A model generated the notes under the pieces. That model had not been told where the DNA came from. It saw only the letters and a program-made list of their open reading frames with translations, and ran no database searches. Both the position numbers and the translations under genes were made by a program. DNA of 64,000 nt from Bugula neritina (lineage: Eukaryota > Animalia > Bryozoa). Positions 50,201-61,000 of this stretch are shown here, in pieces (positions within the stretch are counted from its first letter, which is position 1; each line of letters begins with the position of its first letter). The DNA lies in assembly GCA_964035545.1 (NCBI GenBank), contig OZ037766.1, forward strand, positions 1,798,001-1,862,000, read 5' to 3'.

Positions 50201-53200
50201 TGGCTGCTGATAACCTAAAATTCTCAGGGTTGTAATAAGGAATTAGGGCTATTACTGACTCCAAAAATAAAAAGATGCTTGCCTATATGCATGTTAAATT
50301 TTTCCTATAAACACAAATACGCACTTTGAGAATCAAAAGGAGTCCTACATTATTAAACACTTTTAAACTCATTATTGGGGTATGAAATTAAAAATAAGAT
50401 ATTTAAGCTTGCTCTATTTGATTTCGGTTTTTATTATGGAGTGCTTGTCTAATAATATTCCAAAACAAAACTCTAGAATAGGAAAGCAACTCCTAAAATG
50501 AGTATATGTTTACGAGTATAAGGAGAAATTCACCTCATAATTGAAGTATACTTCGAGTTGATTGAATCAAGTAGCGACTGTGTGTCATCATTGATCTCTA
50601 ACTCGCATAGAATCTTTAATTGATCTCTACACTCATCTATCTGCTCTCTACATTTGGCAACACAGGATGTGAGCTCATCAACTGCCTGAATGATGAAAGT
50701 AGCCGAAATAGACAGCACATCAAGTTGCACGAAATATCGCTTAGAATTACTTAACAGACCTGAATTCAAAACTTTACTTGATCTTCTTGATTCTTACAGC
50801 TTACTTGAGTACCTTATTTATTACACAAGATTACAATGACATGACAAAGACTGAAAGAAACTAATTACACTTGAGACTCAAAATAGAAACTTTGAATTAG
50901 AAGACTGACTTACTAATCAGAAAAAACGTTACTCAGAGGTACTCAAGTATTTTAGTCATGCTACTCAAGTCATGGTACTCAAGTCATGCTAATCAAGTCA
51001 TGGTACAACTTAAACTGAAAGGAACTTACCAATCTGAACCGTATCCATGCCGGTAGATTGAACTGCTGATGTCCACCAAATTCATCTGTCAGAGAAACTT
51101 TCTCTACACTTCTGTGGAGTGAAGCAAAGTCCTTCAATATATGTACCTAGTAGCATATAGTAATATAATATAATATAGTATTACAATATAATAATATCAT
51201 ACAGTAATATAATATAGTAATATCATACAATAATATTATAGAGTAATATAATATAGTAATACAATCCAGTAATATAAATATAGTAATACAATATAGTAAT
51301 ATAACATAGTAATATAATAATATCATACAGTAATTTAAATATGTGAAATATAATGAAGTTAAAATGTGATTCATGTAAACAGCATATATAAACACCTGAT
51401 ATAAATATCTGATATAAACACCTGGTATAAATATCTGATATAAATACCTGATATAAATATCTGATATAAACACCTGGTATAAATATCTGATATAAATACC
51501 TGATATAAACACCTGATATAAACACCTGGTATAAATACCTGACATAAACACCTGATATAAACACCTGATATAAACACCTGATATAAATATCTGATATAAA
51601 CACCTGGTATAAATATCTGATATAAATATCTGATATAAACACCTGGTATAAATATCTGATATAAATACCTGATATAAACACCTGATATAAACACCTGGTA
51701 TAAATACCTGACATAAACACCTGATATAAACACCTGATATAAACACCTGATATAAATATCTGATATAAACACCTGGTATAAATATCTGATATAAATACCT
51801 GATATAAACACCTGATATAAACACCTGGTATAAATACCTGACATAAACACCTGATATAAACACCTGATATAAACACCTGATATAAATATCTGATATAAAC
51901 ACCTGGTATAAATATCTGATATAAATACCTGATATAAACACCTGATATAAACACCTGGTATAAACACCTGGTATAAATACCTGACATAAACACCTGATAT
52001 AAACACCTGATATAAACACCTGATATAAATACCTGATATAAACACCTGATATAAACACCTGATATAAACACCTGATATAAATACCTGATATAAACACCTG
52101 ATATAAACACCTGATATAAACACCCGGTATAAATACCTGGTATATGTTGGCAGCAGCAGCTTTCTTTGACTCCTTTAAACCTGTAAGTTTCTCAAAATGA
52201 GACTGAAGTTTAGAGGTCTTTGGTTTGATTGCATAGAGGCTGTGAACACCCACTTCCGGTTTGACTTCTTGCTGTAATATAAAATATTCAGAGTGATTGA
52301 AGGCGGGTAACACCTCAACTACAGTAACAATGATTGGCTGAGTGACAGGCTGGTTATATTCCTATGTGAGATATTCTAGAGAGCTCTCAGTTGAGGTAAC
52401 AATACAAGTGTTGTGATCTATTATAATAGAAGTTTGACACAACTTCTGCATTATACGTCTGCTGCATTCATTAACCTTTCCCATACATTCCTTAGCTGCT
52501 AACGCATGCACATAGCTTTGATTTTTTCTACCAATTAAATTAATGAGAAATGCTGTAATTATATTACATGACAGCAAATATAACTACTCAACTACTAAGA
52601 GCAGTATTGTCTTTGATGTTTAAACACTCTTTGGTCAGCAACAAATCAACCAATCAGTAATCAGTTAAACAAATACAGGCCTAATATTGCATTCAAGTTA
52701 TGAAAATATTATTGTTAAAATTTACTCAAAGGTGCAGCTGAATAAAGCCATACAAGTTGAAGTGAGAATACAAACAATCATGGAGACTTAGTGGTAGAGT
52801 TATGTAAACTTTATTGTACTCTCATATATAATACTGCTATATCTAGACACTTGATACAGGCTTGTTATCCAACCTTCTAGACTACAGAGCTTTCTCCACT
52901 AATAATGAGCAGAATCTGGTCTAACATCAATAGCCTCAGTTCTCTAATTTTTTACATCTTAAATTTAGAATACAGGAAATCACTTCATTTAAACATTTGA
53001 AATAGCTATTTGGTACAGAAGTGCAAATTTATGTTTTAGTGTTTAGATTTGAAGTTTGGCTGGTTTATTTCACAGACAGACAATTTTATTTCCAACAAAT
53101 ATCCCTCAAATAAATGCTACTCATAACACACCTACTCAACTCTGAAATAGAGCCCACGATGTTAATAGAAGAACATGGAGCAAAGCGATTTCTCTTTACT

Positions 53201-54090
53201 AACTCCGAATGTTTCCATATACTACTAAATATGATTCCATGAATCATTATGGTTCACAAGGCTAATACGTTTAAGGTTTTCTTCAAACTATGAAATAAGC
53301 AAGATTACTAATAGCTGTGCAAAGTACTAAAAAGATCTGGGTTAGTGAAATATACAGACTATAGAAACACACCTGTAAAGAGTTGAGTGCAGACACCAAC
53401 TTAGTTATGAACTGTGTTGATGACTTCTGGAGATTTACCAAAAAGGTAAAGCCCTGCCTACGCTGCTCATCAGATACGATCTTCCTGAAGTAGTGAAGAA
53501 GAGACAGCAGGTTCTCTTCTGACGTTTGAGTCAGCGCTGACTGATACTCTGTAGGGAATATTACCAGCGGATGACCTGCTTTATCGCAACCACCTAAAAT
53601 ATTCATGTAGAAATTATGGAGACGTATGATAAGCTCCCCTACTTTGCTAGTAGGAAGTTAATAAGTAATATGCTAAATCAACGGTATGTTGCTTTAAATG
53701 TAAAATCAGTTGTAACTAAAAACAGATTCAAACTACAATTATTATGTTTTACACTTGATGCATGCATGAGTTGATGAACTTTGGAAAAGAGAATGACTAA
53801 CCAATAACATAAAAAGGCTAACGTAGGTTCATAGTCAATGGCAATTATATTTCAGGAAACACAATGACTATGAAGAAATGCTCTAAAAATAGGGTTTTTT
53901 ATCAGATTGATTAAACAAGAGTGACTGAATGCTTAACTTATAAAAATTTGAAAACAAACTTAAGCAAATAATAGACTGTTTCACACTCCATAAAGTTACA
54001 GAGGCTCCCAGTATGAAAATAACTCGTGTGATTACCTGAGTGAAATGCAATGCCTGTTGATAAGAGAACTTCAGTCGAATGGTCTCCCAT
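38253..54090 (-). CDS. SEC14 (CRAL-TRIO) plus spectrin-repeat protein with long low-complexity tail (SESTD1/Trio N-terminus-like), about 18 exons
   Basis: MGDHSTEVLLSTGIAFHSG|GCDKAGHPLVIFP resembles the family GGRDKRG.P...FP motif; LTDEFGG...F....WIRFR closes the SEC14 domain; helical exons with spectrin-like W residues; final exons join in phase to ...PPLWSKR*. No DH-PH domain seen. Confidence 0.75.
38417..38746 (-). repeat. 22-bp minisatellite x~15 (sense unit TGTGCAGGTGAGATGACTAGTA)
   Basis: Direct reading; ends about 25 bp before the last acceptor (38393). Confidence 0.95.
39300..39776 (-). repeat. ~40-bp minisatellite x~12 starting at a splice donor
   Basis: AATGTAATGATACAGAAGTAATGTCTAGGTGGTACTAAGT units on the + strand; donor GTGAGT at 39776 on the minus strand. 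Confidence 0.93.
39960..40380 (-). repeat. 22-bp minisatellite x~19 (sense unit CTTCTCTTCCTCCATCTTACAG)
   Basis: Direct reading; begins about 10 bp inside the donor at 40388. Confidence 0.95.
42592..43028. repeat. AT-rich low-complexity repeat filling an intron
   Basis: ATAATAATATAATATATACA-type units; source of the YYIII ORFs. Confidence 0.9.
45012..46028 (+). CDS. DHHC palmitoyltransferase (ZDHHC22/24-like), copy 1, single coding exon, nested antisense in an intron
   Basis: 338 aa; C..C...[24 protein letters not shown]...CVG..N.RFF; four hydrophobic segments; TSYE (TTxE-like) motif. Confidence 0.93.
   Translation: [338 protein letters not shown]
47223..48239 (+). CDS. DHHC palmitoyltransferase (ZDHHC22/24-like), copy 2, tandem paralog
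   Basis: 338 aa; same DHHC cysteine-rich domain; colinear with copy 1. Confidence 0.93.
   Translation: [338 protein letters not shown]
49168..49305 (+). mobile_element. Second, more decayed copy of the tRNA-Thr-derived SINE, with body sequence
   Basis: GGGAGCAGCAGTGATTTAGGAGTTAGAGCTGGCTTAGTAAACATGAGGTCATAGGTTCAATCCCCAGTAAAGACCATTGGTG aligns with the reverse complement of 5801-5883; right boundary approximate. Confidence 0.7.
51385..52145 (-). repeat. 13-bp minisatellite x~57 (sense unit CAGGTGTTTATAT) seeded on a splice donor
   Basis: Exon ends ...ATATACCAG|GTATTT at ~52137 and the array continues from it; explains the three long periodic ORFs. Confidence 0.95.
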
Positions 54091-54743
54091 CCTTAGTCAT
54101 TAAGCACTAGCTAAAATCAAAATAGAAATAGTTTGCAATAATATTACAAAGTGAAAGTGAAATTATTTTGATTTATTTTTTAGAAACTATGTTTTATATT
54201 GATGTTAACTTAATATCAACTCGAAGTTTATAACCATAATGATAATGAAAATTTTTGTAACCCAGTAATACTAATTGGAAATATATTCAGTGGATGTGAT
54301 ATTGATCATAATCATAATGATAGTAATATGTAATTATATTTATAATACTAATAGTAATACTAATACTAATAGTAATAGAATAAATCAATAATTATAATGA
54401 TAATCATAATATTATTAATTAATCATAAAGTTAAAAATAAATGTAAATCAAAATTCTTAAATATAATCGTTTTATCGCCATTATTATAACGATGACCATT
54501 GAAACTTATTTCTTTTAATAGTAATTTATTTCCAAACAATCAACCACCTTTCCTCTTATTACTGCTAATAAAATTTTACAAGTTTATCACCGTGACTGAG
54601 CCTATCGAATTTTAACTTTTTCAATGAGGCAAAAGCGTTAATCCGAAATTTGTTATTCTGTTATAAATGTGAAGCCATACGTTGACAGATAATATTTTAC
54701 CTGCATCAACATTTGTGGGCAGTAGCAGCACAGGTTCTTCCAT

Positions 54744-55050
54744 GGATACTCACAGTTACAGGCTGATGTATAAGGCTCTTCAATTGTCAGCGTTGTGTTA
54801 TTCAAAGTTCACAGTCTAAAACATGTAAAATATGACGTCTGTATCTAGTAAGTATCGGTGATATGAAGTTGTAATTAACTAATGCAAAGAGATATTGGTG
54901 GACCTCGCCCTCTACCTCTTCGACTTTCTACCTCATCTCCGACTTGTAGTTCAAGTTGTTTTAGTTTTCTAGCTTTTACTTTTAGTCATCTGTTACATAA
55001 TTATATAATACATATTTTTATAGTTTTTATTTTCAATAGCTACAAGAATC
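54744..55050. promoter_or_regulatory. Probable bidirectional promoter between the SEC14/spectrin gene and SCPx
   Basis: Head-to-head genes about 300 bp apart; CRE-like TGACGTC at ~54833. Confidence 0.5.
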
Positions 55051-58000
55051 ATGAGCCTAAAACGTCGAGTTTTTGTTGTTGGGGTTGGCATGACCAAAGT
55101 AAGTATACTTACTCTCAATTGATACTGTTCAATTAATTTCACATTGTTACTTTAGTTTTTGTTTAGATTTTTGCTGCAGTAGCACTAGCCATAGCAGTAA
55201 CTTTCAGCCAAAATAAGGATTATTTGCATGGTCTTTTGGACACTAACAGTAACATGCAATAAAGTAGATACAAAATATGTGAATTTTGACTTTAGTTGGG
55301 TAGATACTTATATTAAGTAGTGTTTGCTAATTGGCACTTCATCATTTATTGTAAATTTAAGTTTGTATGGTATGTTGATGTGATATTTTAGTTTGATAAG
55401 CCAGGGGTAAGAGAAGACGACTACCCTGAATGGGGTAAAGAGGCTGGTGAGTTTTCACACCTGGCTACTAAATAACGTTGTGACTTTCATTACCTATTCA
55501 AGTCATTGCACCCACTAATACTGTCAGTTGATTAATTGTATGTTTTTACTTATTCAGTTTTAGTAATTCAGGGATATTTTAACGATTGGTTCAGTTGGTT
55601 TTTCACCTGGAAATATTCTAAACTTTTTTGTATTTATCAGTTTGTTATCTTATCATAATGAAACTGATTGACACTATAACGCTGATAGGTATACACCAAC
55701 TCCAGTACAAAGTCCTTAGCAATCGTCTACTCTGAACTTTGTGTTCAAAGCTCAGCTTATTTGCTGCTATTTTATAAAATTAATTCAATTGATTTTGTTT
55801 GTGTAACAAATAATTAATTTTAATAATTAATATATTATATTGTATTATATAATATTACAGGCGAGAAAGCTCTCGCTGATGCAGGAGTGAAATATTCAGA
55901 CATACAGCAAGCATGCTGTAGTTATGTGTACGGAGACACCACATGTGGGCAAAGAGTTGTCTATGGTTTGGGTATGACTGGTATCCCCGTATATAATGTG
56001 AGTTGGCAACTATCTGAACCTCAGGCTAAAATGTGTAATTATATCATTTTTAGATTAAGATTATCAATTATTTTTTGCTTGTTGTAATTTTCTGAATTAA
56101 TACATCAACTTTTTACAAAGCTTATATTTTTACTCTATTAAAAGAGGTGATAGTTTAGTATTTCAGACGTAACCATCAAAGAAACTATATCGAAGATCAT
56201 ATTTTATCTTATGACTGTATGCTATTGACCTTGAGATAGCTGTCAAGGTCATATTATATCTTACTCTCACAGGTAAACAATGCCTGCTCCTCGGGGTCTA
56301 CGGCCCTCATGATGGCCAGACAGTTTGTTGAAGGAGGTCTGTCAGACTGCGTGTTGGCCATCGGCTTCGAGAAGATGGAGAAGGGCTCTTTGTCTGCGAA
56401 GGTATTAAAGCTTGTGATAGGTGTGAGGTGCAAACTGTTACACATTTTGCTTTTTTTGTAAAGATTGTCTTATAATAAATGTTTGAAACACTCTGCTCGA
56501 TTGTTGGTGACTCAAGTTTTAGCTTGAAACTTGCTACTTAAACATTTAATATTTCTAAGATGAAAAATTGATTCTAAACTCATAAACTTTTCAAATAGTT
56601 AGATATACTATTTTTTATAAAATTATTTTTTCAATCAATATATATTTTTATAAATATTTTTACCCATATTGTTATTAAAAGTGAGATGCGCATTGCAGTA
56701 CATGGATAGAACTAACCCCATGGACAAACATCTAGAGTCTATGATAGATACGAGGGGCATCACCGACTCCCCCATCACTGCTCAGATGTTTGGGAATGCC
56801 GGGCTTGAACACATGGCTAAATATGGTGAGTTGGTTACTCACATTAGTATTCTATTAGCCATCTATTAATGCTCTACTAGCACTATACTAGCATCGTATT
56901 AGCAGTTGCATCACCATTTTATTAGAATTATATTAGCAGTTTTATTAATATGTTATTTACTTTTTCTTTTTTATCTTACTAAACATTTTCTTTTCCATAG
57001 TTATAATTAATAAACTGCATTGTCCTACATTGTGTGGTAATTGTGTTCTCTTTTCTAGGTACCACTGCCGATCATTTCGCCAAGATTTCCTACAAGAACC
57101 ATAAACATTCCGTGAACAACCCGTAGGTTTTACATCCAGCTGACTGCTTGAGCTGCTAGTACTTCACATTGACTCTGTATTCAAACAGCGTGATTGTTTT
57201 TGTATTTAATATTGTGTTTTGTGTCATTCCTTATAACTGAAATGTTTTTTGCTCTTGTCTCCTGGAGGTAGCAAACAACTTAATAGTCTGTGATTCTACT
57301 TCCAGATATGCTCAGTTCCAAAGGCATTACACTTTAGAAGAAATCAAAAGCTCCAGAATGATTTCCGACCCTCTTACAAAATTGCAATGCTCGTAAGTAA
57401 GCCACGCCCATTTCCTGTCGTACTCAGAGTTGTCTCCTCTTAGATATACACGTCTCCTCTCTCTACAGGCCGACATCAGACGGTGCTGCCGCTGCCGTTC
57501 TTGTGAGTGAAGACTTTGTTAAGAGACATAGACTGGAATCCAAGGCAGTTGAGATACTGGGTCAGGAGATGGTGACGGACACCCCCTCTTCCTTCACCTC
57601 TAAGAGTGACATGAAACTCGTTGGAGCTGATATGACTAAAATTGCAGCAGAAAGACTTTATAGAAAAACAGGTATTTGAAAATCTTTTGTTAAACTCATT
57701 TCAAAGTTTGACATTTGAAGTGGACATTGTTGGCTACCTCTTAGAGTTAAACATCGTAGGCATCCAGGTTATTTTGATAAAATCAATTACTGTTAAATAA
57801 AAGTTCATACTTTTTTAGTTGCATTCACAAAATATATAAAAAAATCTCAACTCAATATACTAGAAAAAATGAATTAAAATATATGTGTTAATAGCACTGA
57901 TATTGACGTGACCATGGCACATGAAAAATCCGAAAGAAGAGTTGTCTTCTATTTTTCTATATTAACATATAGAGCTTGCCGTGAAAATACAGACTTTTTA

Positions 58001-61000
58001 AAAAAAATATTGTGACCCTCTGGTAATTTTTTGAATTTAGAAAATTGACTCATATATTTCTTTTCATGTGGACAACAGCTCACTTTTTTTTAAATTTATT
58101 TTGAAGCTCTTTTCGTAAAAAATAATCAAAAGTAAAAAATCCAAAATTTTTACAAATTGGTTCGGGGCTTGACGTGAAAGGCGTTTGGACGAAGATGTCA
58201 AGGTCACCATTAATAAATTTATTCTATCACAATACTGCACGGAAAGTTAATGAAGTGAGCTGAAAATTACTATTAGGTTGCTAGCATATTGATATACATT
58301 ATTATTATTTTGATTGTTACAGTATTATTTTTTAAATTTGTTTTGTTATCAGTTATGTTCAACTTCTTCATAAAGCTGCTGTTAGACTAAGAGTAAGACA
58401 TAATATTACTATTACTATTAGCAACAATGATAATAATAATATTAATATTAAAATTATTATTAAATTGAAATTCACGGTGAAGTGTCACTATGACTATGAT
58501 ACTCTATGACTATGAGTATGAGTATCGTATAAATTAATCATGAGTATGAGTATCACTATGACATTAACTCAATCAGTGATTGACTATGTCTATTACTATG
58601 AATATGGCTATGCATAACTCAATGAGAATATCAATATGAATATCAATATGGCTTCTAATTCTTGTAACTTTTGACTATGACGATGCTGATACTGATAGTG
58701 ATAATCACTGCCAGCCCAAGTCTCATACTGATAGTTATACTATAACTATTGTCTATTAGTATCAATAATTAATTAATAATCAATAATTAAATAATATTAA
58801 TAGTATTACTATCAGTACAACTACTAGTATTACTCATAGTTCTGATAATGATGCAGATGATAGTTTTAGAAGTTCTACTTCTACTTTTATAGTAAGCTAG
58901 ATTGTATATGTTGAACTCTACTCATTTTTTACTACTAATGCTAATACTAATAGTAATACTAATAATAATTATAGTTGTTATAATGATAGTAATACTAATA
59001 GTAATAATAACTATTTCAATTTGATAATTTATGTTTTACAACAGCATTATCACTTATCAATTACATTGGTTCATAATATGCTTATTTTAATTTTGCTTTG
59101 TGTGTTTTGTCATGTTGTAAATTAAAGTTCGTATGGTTATTTAATGAACTAGAGAACTAGCCAAATGTTATGCAATGAATTACTATAAACTCAGTGAAAT
59201 TTGAAATCCAATAGATATTACTATGACATTGATTGTACAGAGGTAGCTAAAATATACATTAAATTACCAATAATTTTAACTCGCCAATACACTATGAGTA
59301 GAACAATCAAATGCAATGATAGAAAGTTAATTAGTCATAGCAGCCCGTTGCTTAAGGAACATTAAGCTACAGATCTAAAATGATGTAGTTTTGTAATCCC
59401 TTACATAACAAAAAATTTTTCAAACTGGTTTAATACTTTTATTATGAACATGCTTATTAAAGTAACATGTTTGTGATGTATATTCTATTAAAAAGCAATC
59501 ACATCAGGTTTTCAATTTGTATGTTGTACAATGTTTATTATGGTGACAAGTTACTAAATCATATGGTTCAGCTTTGTAAAGTAAAGCTGATAAAATAAAT
59601 ACAATTATGTGATTGTTTTACTGCTATATATTGAATTTAAATGAGTTGAATAATATCCTAGTGCAGTGAATTAGATTTTTCTTTAGCTTTGGTACACCTG
59701 TTTGTTATAGACTAACATTCCACCAATAGAAGAATGGTGCAAGTAGAAGAAATTTCAGGCGCAGAAAGCTAAGGAGCGGTCAGAATGTTGCCATAGTTGT
59801 GAAGAGGCTGAATTTCAATAATGGTGTATTTGAACTGACATGGCCAGCAGAGTTCTCCAAGTCACATACAACAGCTATTTACATCATCATGGTTAGCTTA
59901 AATTTAATTCCTATATCAGTCTCTAATATATAGTTTAACATCTGCTGTAAATTCACTTAAGGAGCATACACATAACCAAAACTGAGTTACACTATAGTAT
60001 TTGTTCTTGAACATATTTACCAAGATAAGTAGATTTGCTAATTCATTAACAGCAAAATTATAATGATACAACAATTTTTCTTTTAGATGATTCAATCAAT
60101 AACACAAGACACTACAACATGGTTTTGCAGTTATAGAGTATTAATTTTCTGGCTCTTTTCAAATCTTCATAGAAGGCAAAGAAAACCACTTTCAGCTTGC
60201 CTTTATAACTGAGTGCAAGCGTCTTCCACCTACAGATGATGATAAACAATTTGCTGATGTGGAAGTTTCTAATTTTGTTTACAATGAAGATAGATTATCT
60301 AGGACATTAGTCTTTTGTAAAGATTGTCAAGTTTTGTTATAATTAAGAACAGTTTTAGTTTCAATAAATCAGTTCAACATTATGGACATCATTGCACAAA
60401 CATTGTAATCTTAACTATCTACAAAGGTATCTGATGGACTACTTGAAAATACAAAACTATGCTCCAGATACACAATGAACTGACCAGCAAAGTTAAAATG
60501 AGTTGGAGATGTAGAACATAATATCTTGTTCAAGGCTTTTCCCTGCTGTTGGAACCTTCTATTCCAGAACACTGAATTGAACAAACATATGTAGATATAT
60601 AAAACTTTGCAAACAATAATAATGTGAAATTAGTTGCTAAGTATCACATTGCTAATAAGTACAGCATTGTGTAATGTTTTTTTTAATTACTTTTTGAGCC
60701 TTTTTATCTATAGGCCCGCATAGTATTTACTATATTATAACTAATAAATTGCAGACACATTATGTCAGACCAGTCTCCATTTAAATAGAATAGTGTAGGC
60801 TATCAAATTTGTAGAAGTAAAAAACTGCATTCTTATTGAGTAAAATACTTGCCATTTTCCATGATGCCTCTACTGCTAAAAAGAAAAGTTTCTATCAATA
60901 CAGCTCCATCAACCTGTGTCCTGATGGAGCTAGTAGTTTAGGAACATTTGTGGCGGGAGTGTAGGCTGAGCTGCAGTAAAGGAAGAACCCCAACATATGT

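Noticed and set aside
51147-52123. 250-388 aa periodic ORFs in three frames
   Set aside because: Artefact of a stop-free 13-bp repeat; only ~52137-52362 is a real exon.
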